A DNA stretch of 35,976 nt from Catajapyx aquilonaris (taxonomy: Eukaryota): the NCBI GenBank assembly GCA_000934665.2, contig JYFJ02003978.1:1-35976 (forward strand), in the 5' to 3' direction. Within the stretch, counting starts at the first letter, position 1, and each line of letters begins with the position of its first letter. Both the position numbers and the translations under genes were made by a program. Positions 1 to 13,000 of the stretch are shown in pieces. Under the pieces are notes generated by a model. The model saw only the letters and a program-made list of their open reading frames with translations, was not told the DNA's origin and searched no databases.

Positions 1-886
1 GGGGGGGGGCAGAACAGTTGGCCGGCTGCCAATTCACTCGCGGACTATTGGTCCAGCGCGTACAATTGGCTCACGACATATATATACAATGGAAAATGTC
101 CCTAGATATGCTGCAATATTTGCTCTGAGGTTAGCGCATCATATTTTCAACGACGGGAATGCAAATTGAAAGTGCCTGAAAGTTGATTTCATGAGCCCTT
201 AATCGGATTACGGTAAAAAGCGGGCAACATAACCCCCTCGAGAATATACGCTCAATGCCGCCATTTATTTCGTTTATTTCCACCTCCTGAAAATCCTGGT
301 CTCCGCATGCTTGGTCGGCTTTTAAAACCGGTTCCACATCTGTACTGCCTCATCCTATTACATGCTACGATACATATCAATGAGAGAAGAATCTTTCCGG
401 ATGTGAAGAATACCGACGGCTGTGTGCGGATAACTTTGGAATCAAATAGTATTTCCAAAATTAAAATAGGATTATCCCTCCTGTAACGGGTACATTTTAT
501 AATGCCTATCTAATTTTACGAGACTATTTCAATAATGCACATCAGTTATACAGCTGCTGGTTAAGAGAAAATCGCAGGATATATTTTTTTGGTGGCTTCC
601 GGATTATATGACATAATACGGAATAATTGGTCACTGCTTCTGAAACATGCTTCATTTTATGCAGGCTTTCATAATTATGTACACGACATGCGTACAGTGC
701 TGGACATATTAGCAGTGCCTAAATGTTTATTTTTCGGCACTATGGCGGCGCTGGCGTTACCTGGCAACTAAGTAAACATTTAGGGACTGCTAATATGTCT
801 AGCACTGTACATACATCCAAGGTCTAATTAAAATATTACTGGGCACAATGAAGTTTATTATTACGCTGACCTTCTGCGAATTTCTA

Positions 887-1118
887 AGGCAAAATTGGTC
901 TGGCGATTACGCCTTCATTATACGGAGATAAGCGCTTGTTAAGTTTGGATCACCATATGCAGGCTGGTAATAAGGGGAACCCGTCGCAGGATGACCTTAT
1001 TGCCAGAGTGTATCATACAACGTATAGAGATTCGAAACTTTCAAACAACCTCTAGACCTATTATTCCCGTAATAAAGCCAAAATCGCCAAAAGCAACTAT
1101 AGAGGATAATTTTTGCCT
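887..1118. repeat. Decayed foldback / old palindromic MITE
   Basis: Patchy inverted matches around ~985: aggcaaaatt/aatttttgcct, tggcgatt/aatcgcca, ctggtaataagg/ccttattgccag. Confidence 0.45.
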
Positions 1119-2679
1119 CCCTCAGGATCCTAAATTCCACGGGAAATGCGCGTCTTTTGCACCAAGCTCTGCATAATGCTGTCAGTGACACTCTATACCT
1201 GCGGCACATGTGACACGCACGTGTGGCAAGTGAGAAATATGCCGCAGGTAGTTGCTATCACAGGGTATATTGTGCCATTGCGGAGGGGACTGAGGGAGGC
1301 TGGTGGGAAATAGACACTCTTCTACTAGGTATAAATAATTAATTCTTGTAGCACTACAATAAACAGGATGAAAAGGGGAAGGTAGGACTTAATTACATTA
1401 CAGGTCTAAGAGCATATTAGGATCATTCATTGCCTTCTTGAAATAGCTTTTACAAATAAATAATGATAGAATATGATAGAAATATATTACGCGTATATAG
1501 AATATGATAGAAATAGAGCTTGTTATGAATCTGTAAGCAAAAAAGAGAGAAATGTCAGGCATTAATATTTTATGGTATTCCTTCACTGACACTTATTATT
1601 TTATAATATCGTAGTAAATATACGATTACTTCATCTCTTACCGTGACATGGATACTAAAAGGCTTTGAGGCATCTCTCAAAAACCCGGAACACCAAAAGA
1701 GCTCTGGAAACTTTCCTCTTATTGTCGCGGTCATTAGGAGAGGGTTTCCAGAACATTCCTGCAGCTAATAGAGGACGCTGAGGACGTCGGTAAAAGCAAG
1801 AAAAAAATATGCAAAATTTTGGAAGATGGGGTAAAAAGTTGAGAGAGTTTACAACTACAGGACCACTGACTAACGAAAACTAGTGCTTGAAATCTTTCTG
1901 AAGCATGATTAAGTATTCATTTTGTTCAGAGCTGAATGGCGGGCACAAGTGTCGTCGTAGTTTGCTAGCCAAGTTTTGAGATTTCTAGCCCGGTCATAAG
2001 TAATAGTTCACCAGGGTAAAGCTTCTGATAAATATTGCAGAGGGTAGTTTGCCCGATAATTTTCGCGCCTCTGAACATTGACGTCCAGCGACTCTCATAC
2101 ACTCTTACTATCAATAGCCGAGTGGACAAGATAGTATTGTAAGGCACAAAAAGATACATGCCAACTTGTCTGGTAAAGCAGTTTAAGACTGATATTGGGT
2201 ACTTGACTCCAAGTTATAAATCGATGTGTGTGTATTTATTATAGTTATAATATTAATTATGACACACACTAGATGATTATTTTTCAAATAGCTATTTATT
2301 TTACGCTAAAATATCAGTTGAAACAATATATTGTACTCTTGGCCATTGATACACAATACGTGTGTTACGTAGTCAGGAAAACTTTAGAAATGCATTTGGA
2401 ACATTTTTTGCTCTTATTTTAGTACCGGTACCTTATTTTCCACTAGGCCTATACTCTTACATGCAAGTAGCAATTTTTAAAGACTTGTCTCTCTTCTACA
2501 AAATTACGTCATTTACCTTTTGGGTACTGCATTCTAATGATTCATCCTGGATTCATCCCATATCTTGGGAGAAGTGTTATATCTGTGTGACTGGAGCAGG
2601 TGGCCTAATATGACAACGGTGAGGAAAATATCTCCCGCGCATATGAGCTTGTGGCTAGGGTGTCATCGCGTCGTTTCTA

Positions 2680-2851
2680 TGGCTAAGCTTTCGTATCGGG
2701 AGACCCAGCACTTTTACCTACTCTCCGGGGCGTGTATATGCTGAAGGATAAGCGTGTATCCGCCGGGAAGGAAGGTTAGGTCGTGGGGTAGCTTGGTGCA
2801 GCGTGCCCCTACCCCTATCAAATTCGGTCTCCCATTTTACGAAAGTCCTTC
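2680..2851. mobile_element. Possible small MITE with 8-bp target-site duplication
   Basis: CGTTTCTA direct repeats at 2672-79 and 2852-59. Imperfect subterminal inverted repeats ctttcgta..gggagacc / ggtctccc....tacgaaag. Confidence 0.35.
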
Positions 2852-2952
2852 CGTTTCTAGAGTATAACTATGGTGTAGTCAACATTTTGACAGATACCTC
2901 AAGCGATATATGCAAGTGATATCAACCAGAACTCCACATTGATATTCCGCAG

Positions 2953-3098
2953 GTTTACCATCATCAGCATGGTAAAAGTGACCACCATCGAAGACCTGGC
3001 TCAGTTGGCTAATACGGAGACCCGCATCATTCTGCTATACTCTACCCGCGAAGAAGCCCGGCTCATTTTGGCAGAAGCATCCAGGCTCGGTCTTACAG
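2953..3098 (+). CDS. Nmdar2: GluN2 exon (ATD): [48 protein letters not shown]
   Basis: Acceptor ttccgcAG at 2951-52 and donor GTatgc at 3099. Resembles the insect NR2 ATD segment FTILNS...EARVMLLYAT...KLTG. Confidence 0.9.
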
Positions 3099-3992
3099 GT
3101 ATGCTACTTCTAGTCTCTAATTACATAAGTGGGTAGGTATAATCATTACGCTCATTGCACCACTCGTGCATTCTCAAGCAAATGGGCGCACAGGCCATGC
3201 AGTCTTGCACTCTAATCGAGATTGTAGTGCCTGATAACCACCGCTTAGCATCCTTGGGTACATTCGCAATTGTTATGACTGTTGTATTTTATCCAAACTA
3301 GGGAAGAACTACGTATGGCTGGCAACTCAGAGTGTGTTGAGCCACCTGAGAGAAGCGCCGGCTGAATTCCCTGTCGGAATGTTGGGTGAGTTATTTTTTT
3401 GTCATGCACTTTGTTCGTTTGTCCAGTTGAAAAAGTAAAGCATAGCTGGCATTCTCTCTGCTCGTTTGCAAATAGGACAGACGGCAGTTTCTATTGAAGA
3501 AATCTGGGCATCAAAGATGCCTTTTGTTGCATTATAGGAAGGGCCATCTTCACACAATTTCTGGGAAGAGAAACTAAGTATTATATTACTGGTTACAAAA
3601 AAATTTACCTTTGGCGGAGATATTTTCCGCTGCACACCAGAACCGGGAGTCTGCGTTCAAGTAGGCCTACAGTTGACGAATTTTTTTGTCTGCTTGAAAG
3701 GAGCTACGCATTTGATGGCTCTATACAGAGTACTCCTAAAAGAAGCACAGCTTACATTTATGTTTATTGATCTGATTTCTAGTAATCGCAATGTATTAGG
3801 ATACTTGTATAATTTACAAGCAACTACTTACACTTTCTCTCGTGGTCAGAAAAAAATCAATGGCATGTCCCTATACACTATACAGTGTGTGTTTGGGCCC
3901 TTTTAGTTATAGCAAATTTTCCCCGAAGCTGTTATCTAGGTGTAGCTTTTTGCGCCCCGTTACAGGTGCACAATATTTCCAGGCGTGGTCGA

Positions 3993-4076
<84 letters not shown>

Positions 4077-7000
4077 TCATGCCCCGTTATCAGCCGGCGG
4101 CTCTTTAGGGGGGGAGTTCATCCCAATGTTGTTTTGACTGGAACTCTTAGTTGCTTTTCATTTTTACTTCACTTTTTGGGATATGATAGGGACACATGGA
4201 AGCGGCTGTGGCCTATTATTTAGTAAGCAATCCCGGAATTCTTCTGGGGGGGGGGGGGACCGTGGGAAACCACAGAAAACCACGGTTAGGAAATCCTAAC
4301 CGTGGTTTTCTGTGGCCCCGGGACTCGAACCCAGGACCTCTCGATTAGCAGTCGGACGCCTTATCCACTCCACCAAACTGCTTCGGTTGTGGTCGAATAT
4401 ATCAGCTGCTATTGGGCACCTCGATCTGGGTGTAAAATGTTACATAAAAATAACAAGTTCGGGCGAAAGGGACTTGGGAATTTTGACACATGGCTGATAA
4501 TTATCAGCCATGTGTCAAAATTACATCGAAATACCGCAATACCGCATTTCCTAAGTAAGTCGATGTATAGCCATGTAACAGGGTCATTACTGAGTCCCAT
4601 GGCTATTTTTAGGAGCCAACATTTCAGCTCGGGAAATTCAGTAATAGCGGCCCTATATAGAGGGAGGTGTGGCAAATATATACAGTAGACTAATATGTGG
4701 ACGCCATATATTTAATCACTTAAAGAACCTTGTCTCATCTCCCACTATAAAGGGCTTTTATTACTGAATTTTTCCAAGCTGAAATGTTGGCTCGTAAAAA
4801 CAGCCATGGGATTCAGATAATTATGACCTCGTTACATGTCTAAACATCCATTTACTTCGGAAATGTATCACTATTGCCTCTGTTTTGGTGTAAAGATAAT
4901 TTAGACGCATGACCGATAAAGACAGACAGAAAGCTATAATGAATAATAAATAAGTGATAGAAATAAATAGCAGTTTATTTAGTGACTTTAATAATTTCTT
5001 GACCATCACATTTTCTTTCAAAATAATACAAGCAGTTTCAATAGCAAAATCCGAACCTTTCATTGAACTTTGTTCTGCATTGAGCAGAGGTTCCCTACTT
5101 TTTGAGTAGTGGCGGGAGCACTTTCATGAGAGATTTATAGTATTACTAACGGAGCACTATCGTTTCCATCTAATATGCCAAAGTCATGTATAAGGTATAT
5201 GCATTTTTTGGGATACTTTTACCTAACAGTATTTTTCAAGTTGTTAGTCGATATTTTATCGAACAGCAAAAGCACAATTTACTTTTCGAATTCTAAATAT
5301 AGCTTAAATCTTGATCTTAACTAAATTTTTCCCACTGAAAGTCATTACGTTTTCTCAAAACATTGATTTTGCACATACGTGTCTTTGGCATAAAGGTGAC
5401 AATATTTTCACCTAGCACCTACAGTATCGCGTATAGGTACCGTACTAAACCGAATGACACCAGTAATGACGATGGAAGATTTTTAAATTTTGATCATTTG
5501 GGCTGGTTAAATATCAAGTTTTATTTAATTCAAAATGTTATTTTCTCCACTAATGTCAGCGAAATAAGGAACGTATATAACTACATAAATGAAAAACAAT
5601 AACACAAAACATAAAGCGGGTATTGCCAAAGGTCCGGTACAGTGCCCAGAAGTCCGTAGGACTGATGCTTAGTGCTTATGTCAGATTGTCAGGAAGCCTG
5701 TTTAATCCGTAGTGACCCAGCATCCCGAACAGCCTGCTGGGAGCTGACCCCATGTAGCCGTACTTGTCTCTCGTCTGTCCTCAAAGGCGCAGAGAGCATA
5801 GGTCAGCTAGAAGCCTATAGAACCCCGACCCCATAGATGATGGCCATGAACCTGGAGATTGCCCTCAAGAAGAAGGCATGTCATTTGGGCATATGGCTGG
5901 CTTGTCTTCGGATTTGATTCAAATTTTTGTTGCTTTCTCTTCTAACTTCAACTATTCAAAGTTACAACGTATTGTTATCGACGTTTGGTTGGTTGGTTGG
6001 TTGGTAGGAAGGGTTACCCAGCTTGTATGGCTCTTTCTGAGTCGAGCCTTGGCAGCCGGGGGTAGGAGAGGAAGGTGTGGGATTGCAAGGCAGGGGCTTG
6101 GTAGGGGGTATACCGGTATAGGTTAGAAGGGTGGGGGAGAGGAGGGCTGGCCCCGGCTGTACTGCAATGCCGGGTCCAACCCAGGGACGGAGGTGGGATA
6201 TTGGGATATTCTCCCAAGCACCCCGTCAGACCAAGAAATGCGAGTCATGTCCTGTAGGTCTTGGTTCAAAATAACCTTGAAATCGAAATCAGTGACCGCG
6301 AAAGCATCGGGAATTGTTATTTACACCCGTTTACACCCACTTGTAGTGTTTTTTTCTAGAAGTTCTTGAATTCCATGGCGACTTTTCGGTACACCATGTG
6401 GGTCCAGGTTCAAAATAACCTTAAAATCGAAATCAGCGACGCATAAAACATGGGGAAATGTGTTTTTTACGTACTTACACGGTTTAGTCGAGGAGCTATC
6501 ATTTTCGATTGTTTTTTTTTCTGATATCAAACACCGCGTCGCTGGCGAATCAGCCGGGACCTCCATTGGGATATTCTCCCAATGCGATAAACGTTTGGTT
6601 CGACTTGTTGTCCGAGTTTGGTTATTTATTTATTTATTTATTTTTATTTATTTATTTGGGATCCCCCTTGAGACCAATTGGTCAATGCAGGGGGAGGAGA
6701 TCTCCTCCATTTTTCTAACTTTACAATCTCACCGGTGCAGGGACAGGGAAGGGAAGGGAGGGAGGAACAAAGGTGCAGTGCGTGGTGCAGTGCATTGTCC
6801 TTGGGTGGGGGCCGTGTGCAGTCCCTCAGGGGGCCAAGCTTAGACACCGCCCTAGGCGCGGCCGGAAGCCCCCACCGAACACCGCGCCTCCTCCAGGGAA
6901 AGGAAGGAAGCGGCTGTGGCCTATTTAACGGTACGATCCCGGGATTTCCCTGGAGTGACCTTGGAAAACCACAGAAAACCAAGATCAGGACCGCCGGCCT

Positions 7001-10000
7001 CCGGGACTCGAACCCAGGACCTCCCGATTAGCAGTCGGACACCATATCCACTACACCACTATACTGCTTCGGTCATATATCTCTTTAAATTGCATGGAAA
7101 CCCGAATTGAAAGAGAAAGGTTCAGGATCTTTCATATCTTGGTGTTTACAGCTCAGTTTCTCGGTTACAAGGCTGCAGACACGAAAAAATGACACCTTTA
7201 CATATTAAAAGTGATCTTCTTCTGCGCAGAACTTTACTCTAGAATAATTATTATGAAACGCGTTCATCGGTCAACAATAAAAATAACCATATATTTATGT
7301 GGTACCGGTACTTCTCCAAAAAGTAAATTTACAGTCTTAGGCCTATATTTATGGCATATACAGTATTGTGCCATCATAGTAAACCTATATATCAGGCGAT
7401 ACACTACCTCATTTAACCATAATGACACTCTGAACCAGAGACATCCACCCACATCAACCCACAATAAATATATACTCATACACCCAAACCTGCAATTGTA
7501 TGCTCAAAGACACAGATGTGCAGTAAACTTATGCACTGTAAAAATAGTATTATGATAATCATATGGATAATATGCCTCACTGACCACTGCTATCTTGATA
7601 CTCTTATGGTATAATATTATTATTATATATATATATATATTATTTTCTCTAGCTATGACAGTGAGAATCGTGCAAATTGACATTACTAAAATAAATCCCA
7701 TCATTATGTGACCAAAAAAAACATTTTGAACCAGTATTTATACACAGAGGCTTGCCACTACTGTCCCCAACTCCGAGAAAAACCTTGCACCTGCATCCTC
7801 GTTGATTGCTAATTTTCTTTTGATCGAGTATGTGGGAGCAGAATGCCCACCAAACAAATGAGGATCCCATCGCCATATGCACCTGTCGCACCTTTGCTTC
7901 AGTTTGTGAGGATACGCCGTCCACGTCGCGTCGTTAAAGTGTCAACACCGGCTTGAATCATGTGTCCATTTTTGTGATGGAAACTACTACTACAGATGTC
8001 ACGATGAATTCAGCGCTTTCAAAACACGTATAGACCGTGCATGTACCGGTACGGTAGTATGAAAGTATGATGCCCTATTATATATCTGTAAATAACTGCG
8101 CGTAATATTAACGCATTCCAAAATTAATGCTAGTTTAGCCATAATACTTTTAAAAAATAAATCACCACAAAATTCATCATAACTACACCACAGGATGGCG
8201 CACATCTTTCGAACTGTGGTACTAAAATATTTTTGTAAGCCTATATCGAACACTTTCTCGCCAAACCTATGGTTTTTTCTTTCGGCCATGCTCTATATTC
8301 TAGACTGCCAAAAAAATTTAAGGACCTGATGGATCAAATGGTAAGAAGAAATTGCAATGTTCTTTATGATGGTAACAATTGCCGCGGACGGGGAAGCAGA
8401 GGAGAGTCTGCAAGTACTGGGTCCCTCCAGTGGAATTTTCATATACATGTCATATCGCTGTATCAAATTGACAAAATTTTTATTACCAATCAATTACTAA
8501 TGATCTTAAATGTGAACAACTTGATTCACATTATTAATAAATCACACGGTGTCTGAGAATGCTATCTACGATACAGGCTTCTTAACCCAAATCTTAACCA
8601 TCCCCCTGCAACTCCTACTCCCAGCCTTATGGAGATTCCTCATCCCTGTGTACTTACAAGGGAAGTGTCTGTAGGGCCATCGACCAATCGGCCCGAAAAT
8701 GACACTAGGGGTAAATCGCAGGCCAGAAATTCATTGGTGAAAGTAAAAAGTCGCATTAGCCAACCGTTTTCGAGCATCGGCAGAAGAAAAAAAAAAGTAA
8801 TGCACTTCCCAGCAAGCTGTTTATTTATTCCTGTTGATTGCAAAGGGGAAGATATGCGGTGATAAACGGTGTTGGGGAAGAAAGAAAAAGAAACCGATGC
8901 TCCGAGACGAGAGAGGGAGGGGGGAAATAAAGTCGCTTCCCGCGGACTTGAACGCCGAGACTTCGGATCATGACGCGGACGCGCTACCGACTGAGCCACG
9001 AAGACTGTTTATAATTTCTTCTGCCGAATGCGCCCCATTGTCACCGAGCAGGTTTGCCGGGCACCTATAGTCGCCCATATCTCGAAAACGCTTGGCTAAT
9101 GCGACTTTTTACTTTCACCAACGAATTTCTGGACTGCGATTTACCCCTAGTGTCATTTTCGGGCCGATTGGCCGATGGCCCTACAGACACTTCCCTTGTT
9201 AGTTGCTCTCCACCACCCCTAATTTGGCGCTGCTGGCGCTCCACGCTCACGAAGCGGTTCGGACGGACGCCTTTTGAACCAACCCACTGCAGCTGGGTCG
9301 GCGGAGTGCATTCGCAGACTCGCCCTCCAACCGCCCGAATCCGCCTTGGGCGCTTGATGGCGGTGGAGCGCCAGCAGCGCCAAATTTGTGGTGGTGGAGA
9401 GCAGCTAAGACACACAAAAGGAGGGTGGGGGTGGTAGTTTCCAGTCCTGAGTACGTATCGCGGATCACGAGTTGATAATGCAAGGAGCTCGGTGCCGGTA
9501 GATCGTCGTAAAGCCCAAAGAAATAGTTGATCATTGTTATTAATTGTTTAGAATATTGTTAAATAATTGAGACGTTGACATGGGAACAGGCGTACGTCAC
9601 AATGAGCAATGTGCCACAAAAAAAGCAGAGCATTAGATCGTGAACAGAAATTTTACCTGTTGTCCTCGCTTCCTTGGAATTAATATTTCATAATTAATTA
9701 TGTCAACTACACACGTTGCATAAAACGTACACATTTAAAATAGTATGTACAGAGCGTAAACATTCGTTCAAGTGGCTCATGATGAAAAATGTCCGCCAGA
9801 TGGCACGCAAACACCAGCCATCTTCATATGGAGAGTTGCGCGTCGCCCCGAAAACGGGCGCCATCTTTGGTCCTCGGTTGTCCAACACACTGCACTGTGG
9901 TATTGCGACATTTTATTTCACTTTCAGGGCGGAATCTGTGCCCAAACACTGCCGTAGCATTGCAAAAGCATGCCTACGTGTCTTTTCAGGTGATCAAGGG

Positions 10001-13000
10001 TGTCGAAGCTTTCACAGACTCCTCACTCTTTACCTAATTCCACCCACATTACATGGAAATTTTTATTCTCACAAAGAGGCCGTACCGTGCGCAAAGCACA
10101 CAATTTTTATACTAGTTGCTTTCATTCCATCAAGATAACGAATCTCCATTACCTAAAGTGGTGAGACACAGGAGCTAAAATACAGGTCATTTTATCTAGT
10201 GTATTTTCACTTTTATGTCAAGACTATCATCTGAGGCGATAAATACTGTAAAGTGTAAACGGAGCGTCGAATATGCCCTGTTGAGTTTTAGACATTTATC
10301 ACTCATACAATTTTGACTTGTATTGGGTCAACAAGTAGCCTACCCTAGGAGGAAGTCGTTCTGGAGTTATGACTCACCCTATCCATCAAAATTACAGTAT
10401 ACTATAGGAAGGAAGGTGAGGAAACAAACAATATATTTAGGAGGCGTAGGCCTACTCTAATGATTGAGTTCGGTTTATGTGGAATATGTATCGCGTGTAG
10501 CAAAGGCGAAACAGTCCGTTCGCTCAATCAAAAAAGATTTCTGGATTTTTGCAATAGCCACCACAGCACTTTTCCCTGCTGGACGTCCCTTCATGCTTGT
10601 GATTAGTGGCTTGTTTCACATATTAAACAATCAAGTCTTCAGGCCCTTACAGAACCGTTTAATCCTAGCAACGCGGAGTAATGTAGCGCACAATGCACTC
10701 GCCTATTTGTCAAATATCATCCCTAAATCCGCGACCTTTTAAATACTTACAGTGTTCCGAAAAGCCTGGGGCTGCCCAATTCCCTGTGACTGATTCTCTC
10801 AAATTCCGGCAATAGGATTCCGGCTTCTATCGGATTATAGGAGCGTTCAGACGAACAAATTCAAACGCTGGGTAATCTGGTTGCGCAACTGCATATGCAG
10901 TTCATCACGTGTGGAGGTACGGTGACACACAAGTTCCTGTTAACTTAGGTATTAACTTCAAAATTATGTAAGAGGATCCTGGAGAGGAATTGGTTTTAAA
11001 AAACTATTAACTCTCGCTCTTCATGTGTTTTTAAGTGCCCACGGTGATTATGATTTATATCAATAAATTATGCAAAGCAGTTTTTCACAAAATTTTGGCA
11101 ATCACTAATATTATACATAGGAACTCAATTTCTCGAGCCCCATTTGCCGTAATAAGCTGTTGCACAACCTTCGGCTCTCCTTTCTTTCGGCTTTTAAAAA
11201 TACGTCATGAGTAGACCTACCTAATTTATAAGCATGGGTTAAACTTTTCACATTCAGTTAGTCAAACTATAGGCATTGTAACCTGACGTATAGTCTGCAT
11301 TATTTATACCGGTAATGGAACTATCCCGCATGTCGAAGTATCAAAAATTATTCTGTACATCCGATACAACACTTCTTGAGCACCAAAAGTCGACCTTAAT
11401 TAGTCAAATTCATGCCCTGACAGGGCGGAGGCTAATCCTCAGAGCCTATGATAATATTATTATCAGGCACACGAGCTGTAGCTAGTTGCGCCTACCGAGT
11501 TGTCCATTGATACGATAGTTGTAGACCAGGCTGTTATTGAGAAAGTGCATATTAACGTTATGTGTGGATAAAACCGGCCTGTAAGGGTTTTTTTTTTAAA
11601 TCCGCGGGAAAATTTGTTATTACCTGGGGCATCAACCTATGTAATTGGAAAATTGGCAACAGTGCAAGCCGTAGCCGTCCGGTTGTATCCTCGCCCTGGT
11701 TTGTGGACAAATCTCGAATGTTTGACACAGCTCCTGTACTATAGGCCCTACTGTGCACTACCGTGTCCTGCACATCGGGATTCTATTGGGACGTGCCCCA
11801 TGCAAGATTCATCTAGTTCAGGACTTGCATGCGGTCGATGATGTGAATCGCGCGGCCTTCTGGTGACTGTTTCAGCTAGATGTCCAATTACTATATCTGT
11901 ACCGGTATATAGTAGAATTTTTGGCCTCAAATTCTCCGGCTGTGTAAACCTACACTATGAGACAAAAATTATGCAGGAGCTCGTCCATGACAGGAGAGCC
12001 CTAACATTTTGGATTACCGATACCCAATAACAAGTCCGCATTTTCTAGGCCAAATTGTAAATACCTTCTAAATAAGTACCGCAAAACAATGCATTTTGTG
12101 ACTCCTTCGACTCTCCTCCCCTTCTTCATTATTTCTGCATTGCCTGCCAATAATTCAGCAGTTTCACACTGTGATAACTTCCTTTTTTAAAAACAGTACT
12201 GTACGTGTGAAAAGCTTACCTTATATAGTAGCCTAGGACTATAGAGTATTTCTCACAAGTCATAAGGTGTGTTGTATTGCCGCCTCAGATTCCTCTCTTG
12301 AGCACCTGAGAATTGCGAGGACTGCTTTTCTTTTCACTCATAAAGGAAAGGAGTGGGGTGAATGACCTGCGTGCAGGATTACCATTCATCTGTAGCGCTG
12401 TTACTTAGCTAATGTGGAATTAGTAGAAAATTTCACTAATATTCGTATTTCCCTTTCTTTGCTTTAAAAAAAAATAGGCGTGCATTTTGACACCACAGAG
12501 ATGACTCTGCTAGACGTGATTGGTCAAGCTGTAAAGGTTCTAGGAGAAGGTCTTGAAAACGTGCTGGGTGTTCGACGTGGTCCGAACAACAGCCTGGTTT
12601 CGATTAGACCCGGCCTGGCGTGCGAGGGACAAGCACACGCGCCGTGGGAATATGGAGAGAAGATATACAAGTCAGTATTTGCATTGTTGGTTTCACCTGG
12701 TCTGATTCTCATGCTTTGCCAGAAATCGTGGAGTCATGCTAATATTATGAGGGTTTTAAAACTGGGTGTGAGAGGGGTTATACTGCAGTTAGATATCCGG
12801 GGTGGATAGCCTTGACTTATCACACTACTCTTATGCACTAGTTCAAACAATAGCTGAAGACAAAGTTCGCATTGTCATGCAGCGTCATAACTGAAATATT
12901 GTAATATTTAAAAAGGAGGGAATAACCAAAATGTTGGCATTTAATATTGCCTCGGCTTTCAATTCGAGCTGATCTTGAATACAAGAATCTGCAGATACAT

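Noticed and set aside
1..2952. Upstream GluN2 exons or start codon
   Set aside because: By eye I found no frame resembling the expected preceding ATD sequence (W..FS.VT...AGH..F). The region looks intronic.
3885..4223. Poly-Asn ORF
   Set aside because: It is a translation of the (AAT)n SINE tail.
4316..4388. tRNA-Ser(GCT) gene (also ~7000-7073, 23253-23330, 30097-30170 and 34868-34935 as tRNA genes)
   Set aside because: These are SINE heads. The acceptor stems are incomplete, the Ser-like copies lack the long variable arm, and each is followed by a SINE body and tail.
8629..9534. Paired similar ORFs on opposite strands
   Set aside because: An artefact of MITE inverted repeats; no transposase motifs.
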